DNA from: Pyrinomonadaceae bacterium
GTDB lineage: Bacteria > Acidobacteriota > Blastocatellia > Pyrinomonadales > Pyrinomonadaceae
Reading direction: 5' to 3'
Assembly (NCBI GenBank): GCA_039920205.1
Contig: JBDSEC010000038.1
Location: 1 to 30,808, forward strand
DNA: 30,808 nt
In this document: positions 9,612-19,211 of the stretch, one piece after another
Numbering within the stretch: position 1 is the first letter of the stretch
How the letters are laid out: every line of letters starts with the position of its first letter
Translations under genes and position numbers: made by a program
The notes under the pieces: generated by a model
What the model was told of the DNA's origin: nothing
Databases searched by the model: none
The model's input: only the letters and a program-made list of their open reading frames with translations

Positions 9612-10088
9612 ATGGTGCTGATCAAATTCATCGACCAACAGTTCGCCGAACTTCATCGTCGTTCGATCGATCTGTTAATGGATCTGGCTGCGGAACGTCT
9701 TTATTGGGAGCCCGAACCGGTGGGACCGTCGGCTCGCGCCTTTTCGTGTGGGGAGTCCCTAGTGCGGAGTGCGCGCGCGGTCGAACGAACGTTTGGTGGA
9801 TTGACCGCCAACCTTTGGGACGATCCGTTCGAATGGACACTGCCGGAAACGTTGCGAACGCCGGCCGATGTGATCGAGTATTTCGGCGAAGTCGAAGCAA
9901 CGCGCTGCCGCGGATTCGCGTTGTTCCGGGACGATGGCGACTTGGCCCGTGCCATAGCACTGGCGCCCGACGAGTTTAAACCGCTCGGTGAATTGCTGTT
10001 GGACACTTGGGCGCGAGCTGCACATTGGCAGGGACGTGCCTTTGCCGTGCATTCGCTATTTGCCGTGACCGTGCCGCCGCACATATAG
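9612..10088 (+). CDS. DinB/YfiT-like helical protein (hypothetical)
   Basis: 158 aa, helical, with SCGE near the N-terminal third and a C-terminal AHWQGRA segment placed like DinB-family His motifs. Family call is tentative. Confidence 0.6.
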   Translation: MVLIKFIDQQFAELHRRSIDLLMDLAAERLYWEPEPVGPSARAFSCGESLVRSARAVERTFGGLTANLWDDPFEWTLPETLRTPADVIEYFGEVEATRCRGFALFRDDGDLARAIALAPDEFKPLGELLLDTWARAAHWQGRAFAVHSLFAVTVPPHI

Positions 10089-10185
10089 GCGACAGCGAGC
10101 GGGGAACTTTGATAGAATCGCGATCGTAAACAAAATTGACAGTTCGATCGACCCATTTGCTGCGAGTTGGAACGGAGTAAAACGC

Positions 10186-10764
10186 ATGCATTGCCCGCAA
10201 TGCGGACAACAACAAATACCGGGTGAAGTGCGTTTCTGCTCGCGCTGTGGATTTCCATTGAGCGGTGTAAGCGATCTGATCGCCAATGGCGGAACTTTGC
10301 CGCCCGCACCCCATATACAGAATTTCGACGCGGAGTCTCCTAAGAAACGCGGAGTGAAGCAAGGCGTGGTGCTTTTCATGGGCGTCGGGATCGTGCTGAC
10401 GTCGATCCTTGGGGTGTTTAGTTCGTTTCTAAACTTCCCGGAGTTTTTCCCCGCCTTGTCGGCGGTCGTGGGCTTCTTGGGTGGATTTTTGCGCATCGTG
10501 TTTGCCCTTATATTTGAAGAGGGCGCGAAGAAGGTCGTCTACCTCCCGCATCCGAATTACTCATCCATGGCGCCGCAACAGTACAATCAAGTTCCACCGG
10601 CTCAACTGGCCCCGGCCCAGCGACCACAAAGTTTACCTCCGGCACAAAACGTTGCTGTAGGTAGTTGGCGCCGTCCCAACACGGCCGAGTTGGTAACGCC
10701 TTCTAGCGTCACAGAGAACACCACCAAGCTCTTGGAACGCGAACCGCCTCCCGCTTCAGAATAA
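10186..10764 (+). CDS. Zinc-ribbon domain membrane protein
   Basis: CPQCG...FCSRCG zinc ribbon, two hydrophobic helices, P/Q-rich tail ending SVTENTTKLL. GGAG RBS and an upstream extended -10 TGATAGAAT. Confidence 0.85.
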   Translation: MHCPQCGQQQIPGEVRFCSRCGFPLSGVSDLIANGGTLPPAPHIQNFDAESPKKRGVKQGVVLFMGVGIVLTSILGVFSSFLNFPEFFPALSAVVGFLGGFLRIVFALIFEEGAKKVVYLPHPNYSSMAPQQYNQVPPAQLAPAQRPQSLPPAQNVAVGSWRRPNTAELVTPSSVTENTTKLLEREPPPASE

Positions 10765-10777
10765 GCTGCGCGCTCGT

Positions 10778-11893
10778 ATGCCGTCCGGCCTTCACGACCA
10801 CCTCAGCGAGAAATTGGCTGCGCAATTGCGCAAGCGGATAACGCGCGATGGTCCGATACCGTTTTCGGAATTCATGGCAGCGGCGCTCTACGAACCGGAT
10901 CTGGGTTATTACCAACGCTCTGATCTGGTGCGCTGGGGGCGTGCCGGTGATTACCGCACGGCACCCGAATCAAGCGCTCTCTTTGGTGCGACTTGGGCGC
11001 GGTATTTCGCCGGTTGTTATCGTCAAATTGGCGCGCCGCCATCGTGGACCATTGTCGAAGCCGGTGCGGGTGCCGGAGATTTCGCCGCCACCTGCTTAGC
11101 GGCGCTTCGGTCGGACCATCCGGAAGTTTTCCAAGCGACAACCTATTTAGTCGATGAAATTAGCGACGCATCGGTATTGCGATCGAAAGAACGACTGCGT
11201 TCATTTGGCGACACCGTGACTTTTGGCCGGATACACGACTTACCGGCGGACTCCCTTACCGGGATCGTATTTGCCAACGAACTCCTCGATGCCTTTCCCG
11301 TGACACGCGTAACCGAGCAAGGCGGTATACCTGGCGAGTTGTGCGTTGCCCTGGATCAACTAGACGAATTCTTTTGGCGATTCAAACCCGGAATCAAACC
11401 GGAGATCGGGGCATATCTGGAAACGCTCGATATCGAATTGGCCGAAGGGCAGATCGCGGATGTTTGTTTGGGCGCTGCCGAATGGTGGGCTCGGGCAGCG
11501 ACCGTTCTAAAGCGAGGCTATCTGATCGCGGTCGATTACGGTGCCGAAGCCGCTGACCTCTACTCGGCGGAATTGCGACCGCACGGTTCATTACGCGCGT
11601 TCGCCGATCACCAATTGCACCAAGATGCGTTGTACCTGCCGGGCCGGTTAGATCTAACCGCGAATGTAGATTGGACCACTATTCTTAACACCGGCGATGG
11701 CCAAGGTTTGGAAACGGTCTATTTCGGGAGCCTGAACAAATTTCTCCTGGATGCCGGGGTGTTCGAGGTTTTGGAAGGATCGATCCACCAAGCCGACCAG
11801 GTGACGAAGGTCCGGTTGGGCCATTCCGCACGTGAATTCATCCTGCCCGGCGGGTTAGCCGAGAGTTTTCAGGTTCTTATCCAAGGCCGGTGA
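10778..11893 (+). CDS. SAM-dependent methyltransferase, MidA/NDUFAF7 family
   Basis: FSEFMAAALY..DLGYY, GDYRTAPE, IVEAGAGAG, FANELLDAFP, IAVDYG, DLTANVDW. Confidence 0.92.
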   Translation: MPSGLHDHLSEKLAAQLRKRITRDGPIPFSEFMAAALYEPDLGYYQRSDLVRWGRAGDYRTAPESSALFGATWARYFAGCYRQIGAPPSWTIVEAGAGAGDFAATCLAALRSDHPEVFQATTYLVDEISDASVLRSKERLRSFGDTVTFGRIHDLPADSLTGIVFANELLDAFPVTRVTEQGGIPGELCVALDQLDEFFWRFKPGIKPEIGAYLETLDIELAEGQIADVCLGAAEWWARAATVLKRGYLIAVDYGAEAADLYSAELRPHGSLRAFADHQLHQDALYLPGRLDLTANVDWTTILNTGDGQGLETVYFGSLNKFLLDAGVFEVLEGSIHQADQVTKVRLGHSAREFILPGGLAESFQVLIQGR

Positions 11894-12214
11894 AACATAT
11901 TGCACGCCAAGCGCATATTAATATGCCAGGACGTTATCGAGCTCGTCAGTCGCGCCGATCTGTATCGGTTAGCGGTTTGGTGCTTGTCATGAAATTTCGG
12001 CATAAATAGATTGAAAAATCATGATATTTGACGCACAATGCGCGCGTCACCTTTGATTGCACTATTGACCTTGCTTCTGAATTACCGTTTGACTATTGCT
12101 CGCCGTTACGATTGCCTCGCAAAATTGCATCGTACCGCGAGATCCTAGTTTCAGATTCTTGCCTGGGATCGACGACTGATCGACTATCGTCATGAACTCG
12201 AAAAGGGAACAATT

Positions 12215-14113
12215 ATGCCTGACCAAACATCCAGATCGCCGCGTCCACGCAAAGCGGCAAAAAAGAGAATCGTCTCCAATGCGGTCCGCGCCACGGCAAT
12301 CGCCGCAGCGGGTGTGCCGGGGCTTTTTTTAGATTCCACCGCCATCCCGCCGCCGGCAACGCGCCCACTAAAGGCGTATGCCTTTGACCCGAGCCTCGGC
12401 CATTTCATCGGCAATGAAATGACGATCGAGGTAAAGTACGAAAAGCTCCTTCCGGGGCCGGTTGGGCGCAAGGTCGCCGTTATCGATTACGATGGCGCCA
12501 ACAAGTGCTTCTATAAACCGGTCGATCTGGATGACCCCAGTTTGCTAATTCGCGGTGGGCTCGCGCCCTCGGAATCGGACCCGCGCTTTCACCAACAGAT
12601 GGTGTATGCCGTGGTTAGTGACACGGTGCAGCATTTTGAAGCCGCGCTTGGCCGGCGTATTCGCTGGCGCCGGGGGATCGATCGGCTGAATTTGTATCCG
12701 CACGCCATGATCTCGGCCAACGCCGCGTACTCACCGTCGGCGCAGGGAATTCTCTTCGGCTATTTTCGCGCGAGTGACCAGGATCCGGGCCGCAACCTTC
12801 CGGGCCAGACCGTCTTTACCTGTCTGTCGCACGACATCATTGTTCACGAGACCACGCACGCGGTGCTTGACGGCATTCGTACGCATTTTTCGGAGCGGAC
12901 CAACCCCGACGTACCCGCCTTTCACGAAGCGTTCGCCGACCTAGCCGCGCTGTTTCGTCACTTTTCGCACAAGACGGCGCTGCTCGACACCATCGCTAAG
13001 ACCGGTGGCTTGCTCTACCGGTATCACCTGCAACCGGAAAGCGGAGTTAGCAGCGAAGATGGAGTGAAGATTCAAGCCCAGCTGGCTCAGGTAAACCCCT
13101 TGATCGGCTTGGCCCAACAGTTTGGCGAGGCCCGCGGTACGGGTAAGGCTTTGCGTTCGGCGTTGAGCGAAGAACCCGATCCGAAGAAAATACTTGATCC
13201 AAAGCTGGAACCGCATCAACGCGGCGCTATCATGGTATCGGCGGTATTTGATGCCTATTTCACCATCTACCTGCGACGGACCGCCGACCTTTTCCGGCTC
13301 TATCGCGCCAACGGCGCAGGCACTAATACGATGGAGGTTTCGGGATCGTTGGCTAACCTTTTGGCTGAACAGGCCAGCCGAACGGCGGAGATCTTTTTTC
13401 AGATCTGCGTCCGCGCGATCGATTACTGCCCCCCGGTTGATATCACCTTCGGCGATTTCCTGCGGGCGGTCATCACGGCGGACCGCGACCTTCATCCCGA
13501 GGACAAGGACGGCATTCGCGATGCGTTTATGCAAGCCTTTCGTTTGCGCGGAATGCTTCCGGCGGACGCCGAATTCTTTTCTGAGGATGCATTGTGTTGG
13601 CCCCGAATTCAGCCGAAGAGTCTACCCGCAGTGGATGGGTTAGTGTTTGGTGATCCAAACGGATTGACGCGCGAGGAAAAGGATATCAACGGGCCTTTAC
13701 TGCGCGCTTACGCGAAAAAGAACGCCGGGCGTTTGGGTTTCTGGCCGGACCTTCCGGTGGAGGTTCCGTCGTTCCATCCGGCGTTTCGCATTTCCCCCGA
13801 CGGGCGCCTTCGGGTCGATATGGTGATCGAAATGGTCCAACAGTACGACACCCCCTTCGATCCGAATCGGCCGGAACTGGGAACGTTTCCCATGCGCGCG
13901 GGGTGCACGGTGCTAGTTGCCAAGCCGTCAATAGTGGATGACGAATATGCCGGCGCCGAGATCCGTTATCTGATCCAAAAGAAGGTTGACGCTGATTACG
14001 GAGGCACGCGGGAACAGACCCAACGTCAATACACCTTGAGCCAGGGGTTACTTGAAGGCAACGACCCCAAGCGTTTTAGCATTGACTTCAACATGCTTCA
14101 CGGAGGGATCTAA
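12215..14113 (+). CDS. Cytoplasmic gluzincin (M4/M36-like) zinc metallopeptidase
   Basis: HDIIVHETTHAVLDG (HExxH) plus third ligand in FHEAFAD. ESDPRFHQQMVYAV and NAAYSP segments precede it. No signal peptide. AAGGGAA RBS. Confidence 0.85.
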   Translation: MPDQTSRSPRPRKAAKKRIVSNAVRATAIAAAGVPGLFLDSTAIPPPATRPLKAYAFDPSLGHFIGNEMTIEVKYEKLLPGPVGRKVAVIDYDGANKCFYKPVDLDDPSLLIRGGLAPSESDPRFHQQMVYAVVSDTVQHFEAALGRRIRWRRGIDRLNLYPHAMISANAAYSPSAQGILFGYFRASDQDPGRNLPGQTVFTCLSHDIIVHETTHAVLDGIRTHFSERTNPDVPAFHEAFADLAALFRHFSHKTALLDTIAKTGGLLYRYHLQPESGVSSEDGVKIQAQLAQVNPLIGLAQQFGEARGTGKALRSALSEEPDPKKILDPKLEPHQRGAIMVSAVFDAYFTIYLRRTADLFRLYRANGAGTNTMEVSGSLANLLAEQASRTAEIFFQICVRAIDYCPPVDITFGDFLRAVITADRDLHPEDKDGIRDAFMQAFRLRGMLPADAEFFSEDALCWPRIQPKSLPAVDGLVFGDPNGLTREEKDINGPLLRAYAKKNAGRLGFWPDLPVEVPSFHPAFRISPDGRLRVDMVIEMVQQYDTPFDPNRPELGTFPMRAGCTVLVAKPSIVDDEYAGAEIRYLIQKKVDADYGGTREQTQRQYTLSQGLLEGNDPKRFSIDFNMLHGGI

Positions 14114-14114
14114 G

Positions 14115-15668
14115 ATGAGCCCGCGAAAAACTGCCAAAAAAGTAGCCAGGAAATCCGGCGCGTCGACAAAGAAGTCGGCAAAGAAGTCTAGCAAACCGAC
14201 CGCTGCGGCCAAGAAGACGATTGCCCGGAAGACCGTCGCCCGGAAGACGGTGGCGAAGAGGTTGGGTACCGACGGAGCGGCCGAATCCGGGACCGGTTTG
14301 CGCGTCCGGATGTACCGCGTCGGCTTTGGCGATTTTTTTCTGGTCACGGTACCGACCGCCGCAGGTGACAAGTTTATCTTGATCGACTGTGGGGTTTTCA
14401 AGGGTAAGACCGGCAAGGGCGATATCGGATCTATTAACGAAGCGGTTGAGGACCTTTTCAAGACCACTAACGGCGAGTTAGCCCTGGTGATAATGACGCA
14501 TCGGCATGCTGATCACATAGCTGGTTTCAACAAAGCGGAAGATCTCTTTCGCAAATTTACCGCGAGCCAGGTCTGGATGCCCTATTGGGAGCAGTTCAAC
14601 GACGATAAGGATTCAGCTCACAGTCTTCAGTTTGAGATCGAACAATTGGCGATGGAACTTGCCCTTCGTTTTAGGGGCCGTGAGGATGATGAGAGCAAGG
14701 AAGCATTGGCCATGCTGGAAGACGCAACCGGGATCGACTTCAATGCAACCTCCGCGGGACCGAAAAAACTCAGCGGCAATGCCTTGGCACTAGACATACT
14801 GAAGAATCATTTGGGGGCAAAGGGCAAGAAGGTTCGTTACTATGCCGCCGGTGACGAACCGGAACTGCCCGAAGAGTTGGATGGGCTGTCGGCGGTGATC
14901 CTCGGCCCGCCACCGAAGGACGCCCAGGTGTTTATGAAGTTAGAGGACCTGAAAAAAGGGGTTGGGCAATATCTCGACTCCACCTCTGCCGAGGACGGTT
15001 CGGCTTTGCGGCCGTTTCGCGAGCAATGGACCATCACGGCCGACGAGGCTTATCCGCAAGTTGACCTGCGCGACCGGCCGATCAACTACCACGATGTGAT
15101 CCAGCATGTGGCCCGCGCTCAGCCGAGCATGTTGGCCGACGCGGCCAAGAAGGTCGACGATTTTCTCAATAACCAAAGTCTAGTGGTGCTGTTCAAATTT
15201 GCCGGCAAGTCATTGCTCTTTGTTGGTGACGCGCAAGCGGGAAATTGGGAGCACTGGCTTTATGAAGCCGATGCGCCGAGCTCGGACCCAACCAAGCTGG
15301 GCAGCATCAAAGATGAAAGCCAACAGATCCTCCGGACCATAGATTTTTACAAGGTTGGCCATCATGGAAGCACCAATGCCACGCCGATCCAGGCGGTCGA
15401 AGCTCTGTCCGCCGGTCGGAAAGGAGATGGTTTTGTGGCGATGTGTTCGACCCAGCCGGACGTTTACGGCAACCCATTAAAGGGTACTGAGGTTCCGCGC
15501 GACCCGCTGATGGAAGCTTTGGGGGGCGAGTGCGACCTGGTCCGGAGCGACGCCTATGCGATCAACACGGTCGCAAACGGTACGATCGAACCGGGTGAGG
15601 GGGTGCCCAAACCGCCGAAACTGCGCAATCTGGTGAAAGGCGATCTTTACGTCGAGTATTCCTTTTGA
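14115..15668 (+). CDS. ComEC/Rec2-like metallo-beta-lactamase fold hydrolase (putative nuclease) with Lys/Ala-rich N-terminal tail
   Basis: VGFGDFFL, LIDCG, THRHADHIAGF (HxHxDH), LLFVGDA, KVGHHGSTN. ATG at 14115 follows a GGAGGG RBS, 1 bp after the upstream stop. Confidence 0.85.
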   Translation: MSPRKTAKKVARKSGASTKKSAKKSSKPTAAAKKTIARKTVARKTVAKRLGTDGAAESGTGLRVRMYRVGFGDFFLVTVPTAAGDKFILIDCGVFKGKTGKGDIGSINEAVEDLFKTTNGELALVIMTHRHADHIAGFNKAEDLFRKFTASQVWMPYWEQFNDDKDSAHSLQFEIEQLAMELALRFRGREDDESKEALAMLEDATGIDFNATSAGPKKLSGNALALDILKNHLGAKGKKVRYYAAGDEPELPEELDGLSAVILGPPPKDAQVFMKLEDLKKGVGQYLDSTSAEDGSALRPFREQWTITADEAYPQVDLRDRPINYHDVIQHVARAQPSMLADAAKKVDDFLNNQSLVVLFKFAGKSLLFVGDAQAGNWEHWLYEADAPSSDPTKLGSIKDESQQILRTIDFYKVGHHGSTNATPIQAVEALSAGRKGDGFVAMCSTQPDVYGNPLKGTEVPRDPLMEALGGECDLVRSDAYAINTVANGTIEPGEGVPKPPKLRNLVKGDLYVEYSF

Positions 15669-16050
15669 CTGGATCGATTGGACCACAGCTTATCAACTCG
15701 AGCCGGTAGTTAGGAGGACCGGAACCTGGCAGAGAACGAGACCGCGGACGGAACGAGCCCCGACAGTGTGAAATTGACTCCACTGAAGAGACCGCGTTGT
15801 GCCTTTCCGGTGGCGGCTACCGAGCGATGTTATTTCACGTATAGAACTGGCAAACGTGGCGACGCGTTTGAAATGTCTTCCCGCTTTGACACAGGAGCGA
15901 TTGATCATTTGGGGATACGCAGGATGCGACGCGGGAATGCGCAGCCTGTTGATTCCAAACTGCCCGCGCCAACGGCATTTCCGTATCCGGCGGCGGGAGT
16001 TGGCTAAATTTTAAAACTGAGGATCAAAGGCGGTTCCCGCGATGAGGTCG

Positions 16051-16123
16051 GAACCGGGAGCGGTAGCGACTGGGTTATTTTTTGAGCCGGAAGGCACCCT
16101 AACAAAACAAACCCAGTTCTGAC
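16051..16123. terminator. REP-like word GAACCGGGAGCGGTAGCGAC followed by an imperfect hairpin between convergent genes
   Basis: ACTGGGTT (16069-16076) pairs with AACCCAGT near 16112-16119, between a + operon and a - operon. Confidence 0.35.
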
Positions 16124-16124
16124 T

Positions 16125-16304
16125 TCATTCCGGCTGCGCCTCGAACGACGTTACTTCTTCGCCATCGGAGGCGTACGCGATCAAGATCGGTTGGCAGCAG
16201 ACCTCGCAGTCTTCGACGTACTCTTGCGCCGCGACGGAAAGGTCAAGGACCATCGTGATCGTTTGCCAACAATACGGGCAAGCGAAAGCGTATTCGATCT
16301 CCAT
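16125..16304 (-). CDS. CPXCG motif-containing cysteine-rich protein (59 aa)
   Basis: MEIEYAFACPYCW...EYVEDCEVCCQPI. ATG at 16304, 22 bp after the upstream stop. Confidence 0.88.
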   Translation of the reverse strand: MEIEYAFACPYCWQTITMVLDLSVAAQEYVEDCEVCCQPILIAYASDGEEVTSFEAQPE

Positions 16305-16326
16305 GATGGTCCCTGGCCCGCAACAC

Positions 16327-16920
16327 CTAGTTACAGCTACCGTATTTGGCGTCGGCCTGCTGACGGGCCTCCACATTTGCGTTCGGCTTCTTGGCATCGA
16401 TCTCGACGGTAAAGTCAGAGTATTTACCCAAGCCCTGGACCAGCATTGATTGGCCTTTCTGGTTCCCGGGTTGCCACAGCTCAGTCGCTTCGAGTCCGTC
16501 TTTCGGGACATCGATGCGCAAGATAACCGCAAATGGTTTTCCGTTGGCCAACCGCCATTCGATCTTGCGGCCCATTCCGTCGTAATTTATCGGCTGGGCG
16601 GGCAAGTTTACGGGTTCGGCATCACTCTTGGCTAACTCGATGCGCATATGTGAACTCGCCGCACTGTAACCGACCTTGATCACATATCCGCCATAACCTT
16701 TGCATTTCAACGCCTGGTCTTGACCTTCCCCGGCCTTGCCATCGGCCCAGCATTGGGTCTTAAGGTTGGTGTAGAGGCTGGTGAATTTCACCGCCGCCGG
16801 ACTGCCCGCGGGCACAACGCGCCCGACCGGCGAAAGGCTTGCCTTCGTTGTGGTGGTAACCATCGCAGCGGCAATAAGTAATGCCATCGTAAAGAGGGTT
16901 TGAACAATTCGGGTTTTCAT
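16327..16920 (-). CDS. Secreted hypothetical protein
   Basis: AGGAG RBS before ATG 16920, N-terminal signal peptide, two Cys (QC...KC), KIEWRLANGKPFAVILR beta segment. Confidence 0.8.
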   Translation of the reverse strand: MKTRIVQTLFTMALLIAAAMVTTTTKASLSPVGRVVPAGSPAAVKFTSLYTNLKTQCWADGKAGEGQDQALKCKGYGGYVIKVGYSAASSHMRIELAKSDAEPVNLPAQPINYDGMGRKIEWRLANGKPFAVILRIDVPKDGLEATELWQPGNQKGQSMLVQGLGKYSDFTVEIDAKKPNANVEARQQADAKYGSCN

Positions 16921-17176
16921 CAACTTTGCTCCTATTCCCAGCCTGATGTTAGATCAGCCGGGCGACAGATCGCGCCTAGGCGCGTATTGCTAAAACGCTT
17001 GGAGAGAAATCAGTTCGGGTTCGATGGTCGTTGGCGGCCCGTTGGGCAACGCCGCGATTGTATGCAAAACCATGCAAATACATCAAGAGTTGACCGGGCC
17101 AAACAAAAGATTTGCCTAAGACTTCTATGCCTGGCACCGCCGATCGCCCGTAATCATCAGCAATCCTAGGCCATCC

Positions 17177-18169
17177 TTAAGGTCTAGCGGACGCCAGAAG
17201 TTCGAGCGAGCGCAGACGGGCGGTGTGATCGAATATTTGCGCGGTTACCATCACCTCATCAGCCTTGGTCTCGTCAATGAAAATCTCCAGCCATTCACGG
17301 ACCTTTTCCACCGAACCGATCGCGGAAAAACGCAGCGCATTGTTGACCCAACGCATCTCCGATTCGGTGCCAGGTGCTTCGTCGACCGGCGGCGAAAGCA
17401 ACGTACGCGTATCGCGGCGAATATTCAGAAATGCTTGCTGCAGCGACGTCGCCAATCGAGCCGCCTCGGCATCCGTGTCAGCAACGATCGCGTTGATGCA
17501 GGGCATGGCGTACGGCTGGTCCAAGGTTTCCGACGGCCGGAACGATTCGCGATAGGTGGCCAATGCATCTAACAGAAGTTTGGGCGCGAAGTGCGAGGCG
17601 AACGCAAATGGCAAACCCATCAGCCCAGCGAGTTCGGCGCTATATAAGCTTGATCCTAGCAACCAGATCGGTACTTTGGTTCCCGCTCCCGGCACGGCCC
17701 GGATAACCTGGCCTGGCTTCGCATCGGAAAAATAGAATTGCAATTCCGCCACGTCACGCGGGAATTCCTCGTCTACGTTGCTCTGCATTCGCCGCAATGC
17801 TCGCATCGTTATTTGATCGGTTCCCGGTGCCCGGCCCAATCCCAGATCGATCCGGCCCGGATACAGCGATTCCAACGTCCCGAACTGCTCGGCGATCACC
17901 AGTGGTGCGTGGTTTGGCAGCATAACCCCGCCCGAGCCAACGCGGATGATTTTGGTGCCACCGGCGACATAGCCGATCAGAACAGAGGTGGCGGCGCTGG
18001 CGATGCCCGGAATGTTGTGATGTTCGGCCAACCAGTAGCGCTGGTAGCCCCAGGTTTCGGCATGTTGAGCCAGATCCAGGGTTTCGCGGAACGACTGGTT
18101 AATGGTTCCACCCTGCTTGACCGGGGCCAGATCCAAAACTGAAAAGGGAATCGAAGTCCTGCGTGACAT
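17177..18169 (-). CDS. LLM class flavin-dependent oxidoreductase (luciferase-like monooxygenase)
   Basis: [60 protein letters not shown]. Confidence 0.95.
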   Translation of the reverse strand: MSRRTSIPFSVLDLAPVKQGGTINQSFRETLDLAQHAETWGYQRYWLAEHHNIPGIASAATSVLIGYVAGGTKIIRVGSGGVMLPNHAPLVIAEQFGTLESLYPGRIDLGLGRAPGTDQITMRALRRMQSNVDEEFPRDVAELQFYFSDAKPGQVIRAVPGAGTKVPIWLLGSSLYSAELAGLMGLPFAFASHFAPKLLLDALATYRESFRPSETLDQPYAMPCINAIVADTDAEAARLATSLQQAFLNIRRDTRTLLSPPVDEAPGTESEMRWVNNALRFSAIGSVEKVREWLEIFIDETKADEVMVTAQIFDHTARLRSLELLASARP

Positions 18170-18226
18170 ACCCTATTAGTGACAAGCCAAGCACAAAAAG
18201 TCCAGTGCGCTCAGACCGCCGCGAGC

Positions 18227-19207
18227 TTAACGACGAGGCCGACGACCCGCGCTTCCATAGCGGAGTTGCACTTTGATCAAGAGCGGCTGACTCGCCACTG
18301 CGCCCGGGCGATAAAAGAGCATCTGCGGCGCGGGTTCGGCGTGCGAGAGCAGGCGGCCGTTCGGCGTGGCAGCTTCTTTTTCTCTACTGGTCCAGGTTCG
18401 TTTCCGCCCCTCGGTCAGATCTAGCCGGCCCGCTTGACCGCCCCATTTTTGCTCCCAGACGGTTACTTGTTTCGCGGAAAGGGTTTGCGCCTGATCGCCG
18501 ATCTGCAATTCTTCAAGCGGTTCCGGGGTGACGATAACGGTCAGCATCTCGCCGACCTGATCCGTGCGGCTGCGTTTCAGCGTAAAGAACGGAGGACTGT
18601 CGTCTTGACCGGGAAGATCGATCAATCTTCCCGCCTGAACCTGGTTGTTTCCCCCCAACGTACGCGTCGTGGGAAAGACCAAGAGCGGCTCGCCAAAGGT
18701 GCCATCGGCATACTGTTCACGATCGATAACATAGAGGTATCCGGTCCGGGCAGCCTCGATCGTAAGTCGTACCCGGTTGCCTTCGGACAGGGGGGCATTG
18801 CCGGGGACCAACTCCGGGATCCAGGCTGCGGTGCTTGCACCTTCGTGAACGATTATCCTTTCACCTTCGTCGGCCGCGGCCACGGGACGCAAGCGCCACA
18901 CCGTAACGCCAATAACGGAATCGGCAGTGACATTATTGATCGAGACCTTGGGCGTAACCACGCGGTATTTTCGCGGCGTCGGGTTCTTGGCGGACCTTCC
19001 GGAGGTCTTCGCCGTGGCTTTGAAAGCCGTGTCCCAAAGGTTACGCGTCGTGTCGTGATCTGCGACCTTCTGGGCTCGAACCACAACGCTGTTGAAACAA
19101 AGCAATAACGCGCCCACAAAAATGCCGGCCAATCCTATTCGCGGGGACGCAAGAGCGGCCGCGCGCAATCTCAAATAGGTCCAGTGTCCGTCAAATCTCG
19201 ACTGCAT
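18227..19207 (-). CDS. Exported or membrane-anchored DUF4384-like domain protein
   Basis: ATG 19207 follows GGAGG inside the CHAT gene end. Hydrophobic segment ending VRA-Q; EGNRVRLTIEAARTGYLYVID, LVFP, GEMLTVIVTPEPL match the DUF4384 pattern. Confidence 0.8.
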   Translation of the reverse strand: MQSRFDGHWTYLRLRAAALASPRIGLAGIFVGALLLCFNSVVVRAQKVADHDTTRNLWDTAFKATAKTSGRSAKNPTPRKYRVVTPKVSINNVTADSVIGVTVWRLRPVAAADEGERIIVHEGASTAAWIPELVPGNAPLSEGNRVRLTIEAARTGYLYVIDREQYADGTFGEPLLVFPTTRTLGGNNQVQAGRLIDLPGQDDSPPFFTLKRSRTDQVGEMLTVIVTPEPLEELQIGDQAQTLSAKQVTVWEQKWGGQAGRLDLTEGRKRTWTSREKEAATPNGRLLSHAEPAPQMLFYRPGAVASQPLLIKVQLRYGSAGRRPRR

Positions 19208-19211
19208 AAAA

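Noticed and set aside
16042-16072. Additional ATGAGG words at 16042 and 26442 (+) and 30364-30369 (-) as further ECF promoter copies
   Set aside because: None has CGCATT 18 nt downstream.
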